A DNA stretch of 64,000 nt from Pseudovirgaria hyperparasitica (taxonomy: Eukaryota). The stretch lies in the NCBI GenBank assembly GCA_010093815.1, contig ML996567.1; one strand, 5' to 3'. Shown here piece after piece: positions 35,816 to 50,148 of this stretch. The position numbers were made by a program, and so were the translations under genes. How positions within the stretch are numbered: position 1 is the first letter of the stretch; the number at the start of each line of letters is the position of its first letter. The notes under the pieces were generated by a model. The model was given only the letters and a program-made list of their open reading frames with translations, had not been told where the DNA came from and made no database searches.

Positions 35816-38304
35816 ATGATTAGTCAGCCGCACACCAAGCTCCCAGTCTACAATTCGCTTCACCCACCCATATTACCTCGTCTGCCCACGCGTCAACAAC
35901 ACTTGAACACACGCCGGTATGCTCGTCAACGACCATGCCAAGGTCAGGACGTATCAGCGTCAACGATGAGTCCACAGAGCATGTCGCTGATCACTTCACT
36001 CGCTAGACGCTGACAAGTTGACGGACGGCTCTCACAGCTCGAACACGTCCCCAGTGGTCTTTACTACCCCCTCTACAGACCACGCAGAGACGGACATCTT
36101 CTTGATCAACTCAAGCTCTGACATCATGCCAAATCTCGCGCCGCAGCTCATACACCCTCCCCATAGTCATACATCGTGTGCCGCAAAGCGAGGGTGGAGC
36201 TGACAGCAACAGTGCTGAAAGATCCTGGAGTCAGTCAATCGGGCTTGAAAGATGCAGTAGAACACCCCTTGAGGTAAGATAATCTTTAGACTTGTGTGAA
36301 AAATTGGCGGGGGCAGAGCGGAAGATGATTAGAACTCGGCCTCCGACGAGCGTTATGATAGATCTTCAGCCAAGAGTCTACTTCTCGAGATTCGCAAAAT
36401 GCATCTCACAGCATTACGACGACTTATCTGCGGCTGATACAAGTTCTATCTCACGGAGCGGCTGGAAGAGAGACAGCACAGACATCCGGATATTCAGAGA
36501 CATGCCTGATTTCTAATCTGTACATCATCTGCAAGTCGCCCAAAAAGCTACTGCTAAAGACGTCTTTCTTTTCTTCTGTCCTGCCGCCAACACGGCTGAA
36601 GACTAGGAAGATTGTGACGCTCACTGGTGTCGTATCAGGGTTCTTACCAATACATCCCGTGTCTCACGCGTGCACGGCTGGCTGGCTGGCTAGCCCCACA
36701 GGAGTCCAACTGAATTGCCAACATGTGGTGATGTGCTTCCACTTGGCTCACAAACCTCGGCCGGCTGTGATGAGTTTGGAGTCACATTTCTACTCCGCAC
36801 ATTTCCAAGCATGTTGTGGGGCATGGACGTAACTTAACCATGGGACTCTAATCACCGAGTCGGCGAGCATAGCCACCGCCAAGCATCTCCGCCAGTTTGT
36901 ACTAGAACCGCTAAGTGAGCCTCGTAACGGCATTGTGGGACTGCCATGGCCGGCGCATCGAACAGGTGCGTACAAAGCTGTAATGTGACATACATCTGGT
37001 CTGGGAGCGGTGTAAAGGCCGAGATTGCTATTACACGCGATGAACGGAAGATAATTGTACTGCAGCTGCCCGACTGCTGCATGATACCATCGTGGTCTGG
37101 ATCGCTGCCAGCCCGCAGGAGGTTGAATGCATGGTGCATCGTTGGGCTGAAAGGAAACAGGTCATGCATCATCCAGATTGCAGAGCAGTACACACTGTCG
37201 ACGACATGGATCGGTGCAGGAGAATTAAATGTCACGATCGAAATCGCAATTTTCAGGCCCTCCGAAGCGCCGAATCTGATCTTATCAGACCCGACATCTC
37301 CGCAAGACCATCCTGACTGCCCGCCCGCCCGCCACTTAACCAAGCGAAAAACGCCTCTCCCACGATGTTCGCTGCACGTTCGCATCAGCTTATCTTGCAT
37401 AGCTGAAACCAATCGACTGGCAGTAGCAGCATCACCACGGCACAAAAACAGCTTACGTGCCGAGCGAGACCCACCACTATGGATTCCTCGCGTTCCGCCA
37501 GTTGGGCCTTCCTCCTCTCCGCGCCCAGCATAACGCCAAGTCTGGGCATCCCGCTCGGTCAGAAAGCCAGGATCTTCCCTGCCTCGTAAGCGCCAACCGT
37601 CTTGGCAGCCTCATCTCATTCCCTTTCTTGATCGCTGCTGGGGTCTATGGTGGAAGAGGCGCCTTTTCCGTCTGGAACAAGGCGCCTCTTGGGATCCCGG
37701 CCGGGAGGGCGTCGTCGATCCCGCCAAACAACTTTGAAAGTTTCCCCTTCCTCTTTTTCCCTCCCCCCTTGCAATTGTCTGCCACATCTATATCCATATG
37801 TATTACAACCGTCAGGTCGTCTTCCAAAGGATGCCCTAAACCACGCCAAGGCTCCCTTTCCTACCCTTGCACATTGTTTCGCTGTGATTATGATGCATCC
37901 ATCCTAGTCGACTATATACTGCGTCCCACCACGCATCTACTGTAATTAAATGTCTTATCGGGTGATGGATGAGAATCAGGGAGCGCGATGCGGACCCGGC
38001 TTGCTCCGCGCCAAGACAAAGGAAGATTCCTCCCCCCCAAGGCCCCTTTCGGCTGGTGGAATTTCCGAGTTGCAAGTTGGCAATATTAATCTTCCTATTA
38101 GCCGGCGCTGCTTATGGTGACGTATCGATTTCTTGGTGAGGAGCAAGCAATACTGTATGTACAGAGACAGACAGCCCTGGTGCGAGCGCATGATTAGCTG
38201 CCGCTGTAGCTGTAGCTGTAGTCGTCGCGGTCTGTCGCCTCGTGTAACGGACTCGGGTCTAGAACAGCCAGGTCACTCTGTTGTACTAGGTATGGATAGA
38301 TGGA

Positions 38305-38370
38305 TATGTGCATGTGTGCATGTATGTATGTATCTGTGTATGAATGTATGTATGTGTATATGCATACATG
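38305..38370. repeat. Degenerate (ATGT)n / purine-pyrimidine microsatellite
   Basis: tgtgcatgtgtgcatgtatgtatgtatctgtgtatgaatgtatgtatgtgtatatgcatacatg. Confidence 0.7.
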
Positions 38371-39128
38371 CGAGCCAGCCCTCACAGCCCAACGCATATT
38401 ATTCCAGCACAGTACGAGTATCAAACAGCTCGGTCCTGGTCTTGGTTTGGGCTGGCTTTGGGGACGCTGCACGACGGGGACCCCCCGCGACGATAAATTA
38501 GTCGGTTTGCTAAGATTATAATGGATCATGACGTGGCGCTGGGCAAAATCTAGGTATGTAGCGGCTTTGATCTGAGAATATATTACATGTGTAAGTAGTA
38601 GTCGGCAATGTCGCACGTGCAAATTGTTGGGTTGGGGGACGGATGGATGTCGCACGTGGGGCGGTAGATGATAATACGAAATTAAAGATAATCATCGTTC
38701 GAAACGGAGAAGGGAAGTGAAGAGTTTGTCCAAAATAACGCGCGATTGAAATGCGTCTATGCTATGTATGTATACTAACTAATCCGAGATCCATCTCTCT
38801 ATAATGAAGCTCGATTCGTGATGCAATGTCTAGACCTGCTACTGCCCTCATTACCACCAGTCAACTAGACCAGATAGCTGACTCTCTCCATATATCTGCT
38901 AGAGCCAGAGCAAACACAGAAATCTCCCAAAGAAATAACTCCATTCCAGACCTGACCTGAGAACCTTGAGAACACTTCCTAGTTCCAGTCGTATAATGCA
39001 TCCCTGCCGATCCAACGGCTTCGGTAAATTCGTGTATCCCTTTCCCTCAAACGCCCATACATCCAGAGTTACAAATGCTCGGAATGCAACGTAGAAACCC
39101 AGTATCCAATGCGCGGCCGTTTGTCGTA

Positions 39129-39162
39129 ATGATGATGATGATGATGATGATGGTGATGGTGA
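39129..39162. repeat. (GAT)n microsatellite just 3' of the MFS gene
   Basis: Read directly from the sequence. Confidence 0.8.
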
Positions 39163-39173
39163 CCGAAATGCCG

Positions 39174-41032
39174 TCATGCAGCGGCTTCAAGGTGTCGTCG
39201 GTTGTGGTTCGTGTTCTCCGTCGTCTCATCCTCGTCGTCCTTGTTCTCCTCGTCGACCGATCGGCGTGGAGTCTGCACAGCAGTGAGCGTGCCGCTGGTC
39301 ATGGTCATGCTCCTGAGAACATTCGGATGGCCCTCGACATCGTCGCCGACGATGGCTCCCTCGCTCAGCTTCCTCTTGCGAATTTCGCCGTTAAGGAACC
39401 AGCGGGACAGGCCCATCAGCAGTGCGGAAAGCACGAAACAGACGCCGGCCCAAAGCTGAACAGTTAGGTAGTCGTTGAAGGATTGGACGAGAGCGCCGGC
39501 GGCAATGGGCCCGATGAGTGACGGGATTGCCGCAGCGGTATACATCATGCCGACCCATTGCCCGAGACGGGATTGCTGGGCGCCGGACTGCTCGAGGATG
39601 TAGGCTGTGGAAGCTGGGGGCAGGCCGATGACTGTGCCTGAGAAGATGCCGAATATGACGACGAAGCCGATGGCGCCGGCTGTGTTGTTGATCAAGGTCC
39701 AGAAGCAGAGGACCAAGATGGCGATGACAGATGTAGCGACGATGTGCAGGTTCAGAGCGCCCATCCTGCATGTGTGTTAGTATAACATCATAAAGCACGC
39801 AGAGTTAGAGACATACCAATCACTCAGGAATGCAGCTCCAAGACGTCCGATCGTGCTAGAGGCATTCATGACTGCCAGAAGATAGAAAGTTCGGATGGCA
39901 TCGCCAGCAACCTCTTCTTCACCCAGGTCGATATTTTGAAATCCACCTGGAACTCTGTCCTTGACACCAAGTCCTTCTGAAGCGGCCCACTACACAGTAC
40001 GTTAGACTGTAACAGTACTTGACAGTTGCAGAAAACTCACCTCCTCGAGATTGAAGAATACTGGATAAAATCCCAGAAATAGCATAGAGATCGACGCCGT
40101 AAAGAACACGTACGACCTGTTCTTGAATGCATTCTTGTCCACCCAGACCTTGCTGTCAGTCCAGCGCTCGGGCTTGCGCAAGTGCCAAGCAGGATTGGGT
40201 CGAGCGAAGATGAACGAGAAGAGCAGCGTCGCCGCAAACACGGCGGCGACATAGCGCACAGCATTGTTGAAGCCGACCTGGATCAGGAGTTCTTTGATCA
40301 TAACAGGGTAGATAAGACCAGCTGCATGTGGCGGTCAGCCCTGAGCTTGGCAAATGATAAAGAATGCAGCCATTGCTTGGCGTACATCACAGACTTTTTT
40401 TCTTGGGGATGCCAGGAAGGAAAGAAGATGAGGCTAGGACTTACAGATACTGGCTCCTGACGCCACAATACAGATAGCAAGACCCTTCATGCGCGGGAAC
40501 CACGTTGAGCAAACTGTAGAGCGAAGTGTATCAGCATCCAGTCAGACCCGTGGTCGGGAAGAAGGAACTTACTCTGTGAGCTTGAGACAAATAGACAGCC
40601 CATCCCACACCCGGCGATGAAGCCTTGGGTGAGCCATACGAGACCGTAGTTACCCTCGTTGTATCCGTCCCCGCCTACGAAGCCGAGAGTGAGCATGCCA
40701 ACGAAAGTGAGCAGTCCGCCAACGCCGAGAAGTTGTCGGCTGTATCCTGCATCCAAGAGTCGGCCAACGATTCCGGATAGACCAAGCACACAAAAGCACT
40801 GTGTTGCACCGATGAGATTTTGAAGTATGTCATTCGAATCTGCTAGTAGATGTTGCTTGTAGTATGAGAGGTAGGTTCCGGTGGCATTGACATTGCCCCA
40901 GCTGTTGAACATGAGGAAAAAACACCCGGCGAGACAAGCCCAGGCTCGCCATTCTCTAGGGATCTTTGGCTGGTCTTCGATAGCAACATCACCCCTCGGT
41001 GTGCTTTGCTTCTCATTGTCCCCTCGAGACAT
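39174..41032 (-). CDS. MFS transporter, monocarboxylate (MCT/MCH) family, multi-exon
   Basis: AWACLAGCFFLMFNSWG, GRLLDAGY, MNASSTIGRL, LIGPIAAGAL. ORF pieces separated by GT-AG introns. Confidence 0.88.
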
Positions 41033-41694
41033 GATCGATGGCGACTTTTGTGCAGCAAAGAGCGTGGTATAATGTCAAGCGACGCGTAGTATGTGACAAA
41101 TTCGGGAGTCGATATAGAGACGACGGGGAAGAAGTGGGTATGGAGAACGTGGGTCGAAGGTTAGTCCACGGAAAGGGAAAAGTGACCTCCTTTATTTATG
41201 AAGAGCCAGATCTTGGGACACCAAAGGAATGAGTAGTCTTTGCTGGCCTCAATACCACCATTAACTAGCCCAGCATTTGCCCTGTTCAACATGGCCAATT
41301 AGACAGCGAAGATACTGACGTGTGGGGTGCGACAAGCTCTGCGTCAGCGGTGCTTTTCACCGTGCGCCCAGAGATCCAGGACTCGTCGCCGATTGTTGAC
41401 ATTAGGGCCAAGGCAGCAAGGAGGCAAAGCGATCTACAGCGCCAAGATGTGCCAAGCAGTTCTCGCTGAGTTTCGGGACATTCAGGTCCACGCTGAGAAA
41501 GAGGCACAACAGGACCCACGGTGAGCAGTACCGAAGAAGCATAAGCTCGGGATTTGGATTGTCCATCACTCAGCATATCAAGAGGCTTAGATATCCATTT
41601 CAGGCGGGACGGACTGACGAAGACTCTCGAATCCTGATAAGCAGGGAGCAGACAGATCCGTCCGGACGGAAGAGGGACCTCCCGCCCACGCCCA

Positions 41695-41760
41695 TCAAGC
41701 CGCAAGCCTTGTTGTTGCACAAGCCTTGTTGTTGCACAAGCCTTCAAGCCTTCAAGCCCT
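41695..41760. repeat. Nested direct repeats: 17-bp CAAGCCTTGTTGTTGCA x2 plus further CAAGCC(TT) copies
   Basis: Read directly from the sequence. Confidence 0.8.
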
Positions 41761-44537
41761 GGCGGCGTCGACAGTCGAGCCGAAGTTTAAGCAACCCCAG
41801 CGCACCTGGCTAGGCCATCTTCGAGGGAGTATGGACCGAAGAGCCATAGTGCTCCGTACCAAGAGCAGGCTATAATATAGCAGTTGCAGCATTCGGCCGA
41901 ATGATGTTTGTATACCTGGAGTAGTGTGCTGCACGAAGACGCGGGGTTTGGTGTTGAGGTCTTCAAATTCATTTTGGGCAGTGGAGCGGACAGACTTGGC
42001 AACGCTCCACTCTGGAGTCTGATCTGACTCGGTCAGCTCCCCGCTTACAGCAGCAGATGAACATGCATGAATGTGCCGCAGAGGGTGGAAGACGATTTAC
42101 ACGCCTACCGACGGGTCGCACGTAAGCCCGACTTATCTTTCCCGCACCCCGGGTTGAAACCACAAGACGATGCTTTGGGCTACCTGGCAAGTCTCTGTGG
42201 TCATGAGCCGTGGCCTCGTCGCGGAGACCTTGACAGCAGGAGTACCGAATGTCGCTTGGTCACTACATCCATAGTAGCTGCTCGTCACCCCAGTCGTTTC
42301 TCCAGGAAGTGCTATGTCCGACTCTGGGTCTAGACATTGCGCTGGCGGCCGAATCTGCGCAGCGGGATCTCATCACGTTGGGGGCGCTCTGATAGAACGT
42401 GTTTCACAACATCGGCCAAGGCGGCTATGCTGTTTGAGCTACGCAATCGGGCTGGAGACTGAGTGAGATTCGGCTCCTCTGACTTCCGCCGATGTGTGTC
42501 GATGACCAGTGCCGCGAGTACCTTGGCGCTGCTCACAAATGTTTACCCCTTGGCAGCGGACAGGCAGCCGGGCAGCCGTGCGCCGTGCCCATACACCATC
42601 ATATAGTACACTCCAGCTTGCACACACCTCCAGGCCAATGACGAGCAGGAGAGTACTCATGCATGGACCGTGTTGTTGCTTTTGCTGCAACGTGAGCGCT
42701 ACCCAACATGTATTTGAATCCTGCCCAATCTTTGTGACCTAGGACACGTCAATCAGTACCATATGTTCTGGAACATTGCTCAAAAGCAATGAAAGCTGCC
42801 CCTGGCTTTTGCCAATGTAGGACTGGTATAATATCGTGGCGGCGATAGCTTATCTCCATGTTTGACCTTTCAAAGCAGTTTCAGAGCAGGCCGAAATCCC
42901 GAAGCTGGAGCTGCCGGTGATATGATCAAGACGGTGATATGAGTCCAATCCAATGATTTCGTCATAGTGACTCCAGTGACGCGTGCCATAGGCGCCTTGG
43001 CAACAGGACGAAGATATGTACTAAATGTAAAAGCAATCTGCACGGACTTACCTTGATAACCACTTGAACCTGCTCTTGTTCTCAACTAATTATGGTACGT
43101 TTACTTTTGTCTCAAATTAGGCAAGGCTTAATGGTCACTGTGCCATACCTCCACAATGTCGTCGCGTTTCCAAACATATGCAGCCATGAACGAATCAATG
43201 ATTGCAGATGACGGTGCCATGGAGAAAACAAAGGTATCCATGGTGTTATTACGCCGTCTGGACAGCCAGTATTATATCCATTCTGCATACAGGAGTGTGG
43301 CTGGTGGTATAGGGTGCATTCCGTCCAACCGACGCCACACTGTGACGATTTCGGAGCTTTTGAAGGCATGATGTCATCATAAAGAACTCACGAGCTCCAG
43401 TCATGAGCAGTGCAGCAGCCTCTCTTATGTCAAAAAGGTTGTAATTTGTCGTCGTGCCATTGTGACTAGAGGTCTTCACGAAGCGACAGGAACAGCGCAG
43501 TAGGTTTCCCGGACAGTAATAAGCACGGAGCGGCTGACCGAAATCGGCAAACATTCCCTCAGCAATTGCCACCGACCCAGGGCAGAGGCAATTTGACGCT
43601 GAAGCAGTGGGCGAACGCGTGCGATTCGTTGCAAACAAGAAGAACAGGAAATCTATTCTCCTCCATCGTTGAGTGTCGCGAGAGAACATTTTCCGTTTTG
43701 AGCGATGTGAGGGACAGACACATGGACCGAAAAAGGGAAAAGCCAACACAGCCAGCGGCAGAAAACTGGGGGCGTTGGGGCCTCGCCGCCTCCCAGACAC
43801 CGGCGACGAGCTAAACACCCTCTCTCTCCCACTCTGCTTTCGCGGCAGCATTTTCCTAACTCGTCTTATAGGAGGTTTGTGTCGCCCCTTGTTTCCCAGA
43901 ACAATCGTCGTTCATGAGTCCAAGTTGTGGGCCGTGGGACAGGCACAACCGAGGATGGCGCTGTGCTGTAAGCCCGAGCTGCTCAGTCTTGTACCGTACC
44001 GCGTGTGGAGCGGCGTCGTGGCAGATGATGGAGACGCGGCCGCTGTGCATATTCGTGGGAACAGACGAGCCTGAAGCATGATGTAGTCAATTCCAAACGG
44101 AGAGTGAAGTTCAATGAGGATGTCAAGTTGGACTTTGCTGAGAAGCTTCATTGGGATTTCCATTGACCTGTCTTCTGTGCGATCTTGCTTACGTAGCAAA
44201 GCGTAATCTAACCTTACGTGATCAGAACAGGTAATCTATTCACCAGTATCGTTAGACTGCCCAGTCTGGCATCGAGCTATCATCATCATCGTCACCATTA
44301 TCACCAACATCATCTTCATCGTCGCTCTCTCACAGACGCTCCATCACTTGAGGTAGGCAGGTGATTCAGATTTGATCTCTACCAGTCTTCTCTCGCCAAC
44401 CAATCTGCTGGCTCAAACCATCCGTCACAGTAATCGAGTCTGGAACGATACCAACTCATCCGCCACAGTCCCCACATTGTTGAAGCATACACATCCACAC
44501 ACCGTCCGGGTTGCTTTAATTTAACATTCGGGCTAGC

Positions 44538-46367
44538 ATGACGAGCATTGTGCGGCTGGAAACTCTACCGACTGAATTGCTCGAGAGCATCTTTTCTTAC
44601 TTGCCTCCAGAGTCAATTTTGGCATTCCAGTATACCTGCAAACGAATAGCGTCAATAGGCAACGAGCCAAGTCTATGGAAACGTCATTGTGAAGAAGGCT
44701 GGCGCTATTGGCATCCAAAGCATGACATTGTCTCGTTGCTACGAGCCCCAGTAGACACCGTAGACTGGAGGGCCTTGTTCCGGCGGCGAAAGGAAACCGA
44801 TCGCTTCATTTCCCAGACTCTGAGCAGCATACTCGCATCGCAGCAGGCTAGAAGTCTGAATACTAAGAAGATCGTTGAACTTGGCTATGACGCGAAAGAG
44901 GAACTTCTTCGCCAGTGTAAGCCGCCCATTGATTCAGAGGATTTTTTAGCGAGGAAGTACTATAGCTCGGCGGCTCTAAATTGCATACATCGCTCTGTTG
45001 CAATCCAGGAATGGCTCAAGCTACGCAACGCGTGCGACGTCCCTTTGGAAAATGCTCTGGCTGCATTCGACATGTTCGTCCTAGGCAATGAGAGCGCCGA
45101 TATCCAGGAAGTCGCGCAAACGCTCGACAGCCTCGCCGCTGAGTTTCGCACCATACACCCGGATCATGGCGAGTTGAGCACACGACAGCGAGCAGTCACC
45201 CTGGCGAACTTTCTTCGTTTGCAGAGTTTCTGTGGGGTCAATGATGAATCTTACAAGAACATGGAGAACAACTTTATCGGTCTCGCCCTGCGCGATCCAC
45301 AGCACGAGGCTCTTCCACTGATCACCGTTGCGATCTTTTGTGCTGTTGCTAGACGTCTTGGCCTCGATGCATCCTGTTGTGGCTACCCATTTCATATATA
45401 CGCCATAGTCAGCGCGCCAGACGAACAAGACCTGGATGGCAAACAAACGAATCGTTCAGACGCCAAGCCGATCCGCCCGAGAATATACCTGGACCCCTTC
45501 CGATCGGACGTTGAGATATCCGAGCACCAACTCAGGCGTACCTTAGACTCAATGGGTGTCCGAAGCTGGAACCACGACGAGTACCTCAGCCCAGCAAGCG
45601 TGACGGAGATGGTCCTCCGCTCAACACGCAATCTGCAACGCGCTGTGCAGGAAGCTGAGATGCCCGCATTCGACGCTGTCCCTGTACCGGGAATACCAAA
45701 CCAACTGCAAGCGTGGTACAGCGTGATATGGGCAAATGTCACTCTCACCACCGGGCTCAGCGATGGCGAGGCGTTCGCCACAAACGAGCTACACTTACGC
45801 CAGACTGTATCCCTCTTCACTTCGCGCTTCCAGCCGGACCAACCCTGGGACCTCAGTCTGATGGAAATGCACCTTCTCCCCCTGTTTAAAGATCTCCCCG
45901 GCGAAGAGGAACTAGAAGATTTCATCCGCGTCACCAACGATGTGGACAGCATGCCGAAAAGACCTATTCGACGTACAGCCAGCAAGGTCGTCACTTACAA
46001 AGTCGGACAACTGTTCTCGCACAGAAAGTATGCGTACGAGGGCGCCGTTATCGGATGGGATCCGGTATGCGAGGCGGGAGAGGACTGGATCCAGAGGATG
46101 AAGGTCGACACTACGTTGTCGAGAGGACGACACCAGAGTTTCTACCATGTCGCGTAAGTACGTCAGTCACATATGAGATACATGAGCTGACCTCGTGGTA
46201 GCGTGCGCGATGGAAGTATCCGATATGTCGCCGAAGAGAACATCAACCCGTCGGAAGGGCCTCCATCGGAGCGCATGTTGAGCCTTGCTGGGCGGTGGTT
46301 CAAGCGCTGGAGCGACGAGCACAACGTGTTTGTCAGCAATGTGCGGGACGAGTATCCAGATGACTGA
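44538..46367 (+). CDS. F-box protein with transglutaminase-like (SirB1-type) and YccV/HspQ domains (FBXO21-like); intron 46154-46201
   Basis: F-box LETLPTELLESIFSYL. GYPFHIYAIV..IYLDPF. YKVGQLFSHRKYAYEGAVIGWD, QSFYHV, RYVAEENI, C-terminal EYPDD. Confidence 0.9.
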
Positions 46368-46743
46368 ATGGGCGGGGCATCTAGGTTCAAGCTACTGTCT
46401 AAAACAAGGCACTTATGACACCGAAATAACATGTGGCTTGTCTGCGCATGTTGGGTGGATAATGAGATCACGCTGGATGAATGGAACGAGCTTCATGTCT
46501 ACCTAGACGGCCTAACGTCCTAAAAATCTATCTTCTTGACGAGCCATGACTTCAATTGCACTATGCGCCATACCCATCGAATCGGCGGTGATGGGTTTGC
46601 TGTACACATTCCTGTCCTTTTTTCTCACTTGCATCATACGAACACATGCTTCTCTCCACGCATATCTAAAACGTATCCAATCACATATATTCCCTTACAC
46701 GCACACCAACTACCCCGTACACACAAACCCCAACCCAACAACC

Positions 46744-49248
46744 CTAAGACCCATACCCAAACCCCCCCTGCCCAGGCCACATCCCCTGCGTCCCCGTCCC
46801 CATCCACTCCACCCCCGGCGTCTGACCCCCAAACTCCCCCGCCGCCGTCCCATCCGTCCCAGGCATATAAATCCCATCCATCGGCTCCCCAGCACCAGCA
46901 CCACCAGCACCACCACCACCCATCAAATCCACACCACCATGCCGATACCCCGCATCAGGATACGCACGAAGCAGCGTCTCGAGCTCACCACCACCCGGCC
47001 TCGCCGCGTCATCCCACTGAATCATAATATCCCTATCTGCACGGCCGTCGTCGAGGACGGAGAGATTCTCCCCGCTACTGCCGCCGAGACGGGTTGCGAG
47101 AGGGGTGCTGTGGGGTTGTTGTTGTTGGAGGAGGGGCGTGGGGGTGTGCGGGTGGGAGGAGGTGGAGGAGGAGGAGGAGACGCGGCGGAGGGCGGAGAAG
47201 CGCTCGAGGGCGGATTTGAGGGCGTGTAGGATGATGCCGCTGCGTTGGTGGAGGGGGAGGGCGTAGCAGTGGCCGAAGACGTGGGAGATGAGGGTGCTGA
47301 TGCGTTTGAGGTCTTGCGGGGGGATTGCGGATTGGGATGTGGATGAGGGTGCGGATGAGGGTGTGGATGAGGATGTGGATGGGAGAGGGGGCGAGCCGCT
47401 GCGGTAGGTTTCGCAGAGGAGGAAGATGATGTCGGAGTATTGCTGGAAGGCGCCTGCGAACCAGGCGAAGGGGGCGTAGTCCGGGTGGGTTTCGAGGGTG
47501 GCGGCGATTTCGAGGGTGGTGAGGGCGGGGGGGATGAGGATGTCGCGGAGGCGGGATTCGGAGGGGGAGCGGGCGGTTTTGGGGAGGAGGCGGGAGAGGA
47601 GCATAGTGTCGCAGCGGGCCATGAGGAGTTTGAGGACGAGGCTGGCGTAGCGGTGGGTGGGGATAAGGGGGTCGAGGAGGGGGATGTAGGTGCTTGAGAT
47701 GCGGGCCTTGTGGGCTTCGACGTTTGATTTGAGTTGGTGGAGGGTGAGGGCGTTGTGGGAGACGTCGATGGAGCCGCGGAAGATGAGGCGGTGGAGCTCG
47801 TTGCATTCGAAGCGGATGAGGGCGAAGGTGGTGTCGGTCCATGCGCGGACCGAGAGGGCTGTGAAGGAGGAGGGCACGTCGAGGAATGTGTCGTCGGTGT
47901 TGAGGGGGAGGGGGACGTCGAAGTCGTCGGCGCGGATGAGAGGTTGCACGCCCATTGCTTCGGCCGTTTTGACGTCGAGTATGCAGATGTTGTACCATAG
48001 GAGCGACCGCGTGTGTCGGTGCAGCTGGTTCAGGGATGATGCAGAGGCGTTGTGATGGATGCCGATGCCCTGGGCAAGGCGGATGAGAGCGCCGACAAGA
48101 GCGGAGTGAGAGCGGAGGACTTCGGAACGGCATTGTGCGATCTGTGGATGTGGATGTTAGGTAGGGATTGCGAATGTAGCTTGGTATGCTTACCAGATAT
48201 ATAGTGAGTGCTTGTAGAGTCGTGATGCTAGAGGTAGCAAGGCAATTCGCCTGTCTAAGAGCGTTTTCCGTGGCGTCTTGTAGAGACCTTACTAGGTCAT
48301 CGAGTGATGTTTGGAAGTGGAGCATGACTTGCATCGAAGGCATGCTCATGCCTGCGGACATACACACGGCCCATATCAACGCAGAGCTGGATTCTGAATT
48401 ATGCCTTCCTGTGGATTGGTTTGACCAAAACTCGTCAAACATGCGTTTGAAGCTCGGCATATGAAGCACATGTGCAACAGGATTCACGGCCTGCACATAC
48501 TGGTCATACAGAACTTGGGCATGAGCTCTGGACAGGTTCAGACCTTTCGTTGGCCGCGAAGACATGGCACCATAGCTCGAACCGTCCAGCAATCGCGATC
48601 CATTGGACGAGTCCAGGCTGGCATAAAAGGGGACATGTGAGGCAGGAGTCACAGTGTTCGGTACAGAAGGGTCTCTATAGTCCAACACTCTCCCAAGCTA
48701 CCCATCCAAGAGTCAGGCAATCCAATTGATTCAGAACTGAGGAGGGCAGACGTTACATCTTTTGCGTAATGGGCGAGTGATACGCCATCTATCCTCTGCG
48801 TGACTACCAGCTTGCCATACTTGAAGACCATATCTAGCATGGATTCTCCGTCGTCGCGCTCATCCTGCGGCGTGTCCTCACGTGTGTGTGTATCGAGACT
48901 TTCGTACAGGTCTCGATCCGGCACGACATCTTGCTGGTAGGATTCCCATTCGAAGTCTCGTGGAGGAGTGGCTTCTTGGTCGGAATCTCTGTTCTTGCCA
49001 TGGTTGCCATTCGAGCCATGGGAGATGGGGCTCGTGGCATGCGAGTGTGTCCTCTTGCGGTGCTCGGTCTCGACGGTGTCCTTGATGAAGACACAGTCTC
49101 GTCCGTATGCCACGCAGCTTTCGCAAGGATAAGTCTTACTACATTTCGACTTTCGCTCACGACACTCGAGACATGAATTGATGGCGCGGGGATTCCGTCG
49201 ACGAGCTGGACGAGACGAGGGCGTCTGTTGAGAGTTTGCATGTATCAT
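46744..49248 (-). CDS. Zn(II)2Cys6 fungal transcription factor with middle homology region; introns 48756-48698, 48193-48142
   Basis: CLECRERKSKCSKTYPCESC..C. VHVLH-like VAHVLHMPSF and DVPLPLNTDD. Introns restore the frame. Start could be 49257 (GTG) or 49248 (ATG). Confidence 0.88.
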
Positions 49249-50148
49249 CGCCGCCAAACCGCTGCCACAGCCCTTGTATATAACTCGACGTCGTGAGGGA
49301 CGCAGAAGGACACAATTGTTGTAAATTGACGCTCATAACATCTGGACTTGTTTCGAACATTCTTGACCCACTCCGAGTGAGGCTTACGAAGCTGAGATAT
49401 AGCACGTGACTTGTAAAGAAGAGGGAAGATTGGCCCATTGAGCGGTCGGAAAGATAAAAGTACAAGTACATTCGAGAAGAAGATGCCGTAGATTATAGAC
49501 GTGAAACTTGAGGAAGTAAAGGATAACGACGAGGCTGATGATAATGATGAGGCTGCGATCGAATGTACTGGGAATGAGGCACGTGATGTCGATGAACGTC
49601 TAAACAACCGCGCCGCCCACTCTCTCATCCCTTTCTCTATCAAAATCACCAGAATTCACAGCAATATAAACATCATCTAATCCTCGCAGACAAAAAGACT
49701 TGAAGCTATGCACACATCTCAGTCCACCCAACTCATTGAAAGATGCATATGCCAAGCTATGACCCGTTCACCACCATGGCCGACGTAGAAATTAGCGCAT
49801 TGATATATCTGCATTCAGGACTCTTTCACCCTCCGCACAGCTAAATGTTTCTCTCGGTACCACCGGGCTTTCAGCCTTGCGAAACACCAATTTCATGTCC
49901 TACATGTTGAGAGGCGCACAAGAGTTACAAGACTGAGCCGGGAATCCCAGCTTGTTCTCGATTAACGGCCGCTCTCAATCTTATCGCTTTTTTCGCCGAT
50001 GACCCTCATTTGCTACTCCACAAAGAACCCTTGTCCTCCTATGCAGATGGTTCATCGACCTCAAGAGTGAACGAACTCGGGACGCGTACGTCTTTACCGA
50101 GTAGTGGCCAGAAACAGCACACGAACTCCAGTAATAGCGCTATTCATC

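Noticed and set aside
36852..37945. ORFs of 160-197 aa on both strands
   Set aside because: No recognisable motifs, Cys/Arg/Ser-rich random composition, and no codon bias like that of neighbouring genes.
47075..48140. Long Pro/Arg/His-rich alternative-frame ORFs (also 50387-51436, 46536-47229, 50823-51653)
   Set aside because: Shadow frames produced by extreme C-rich codon usage in the real Zn2Cys6 and MFS exons.
48649..48756. Apparent frameshift in the Zn2Cys6 gene
   Set aside because: Explained by a canonical 59-nt intron (48756-48698).
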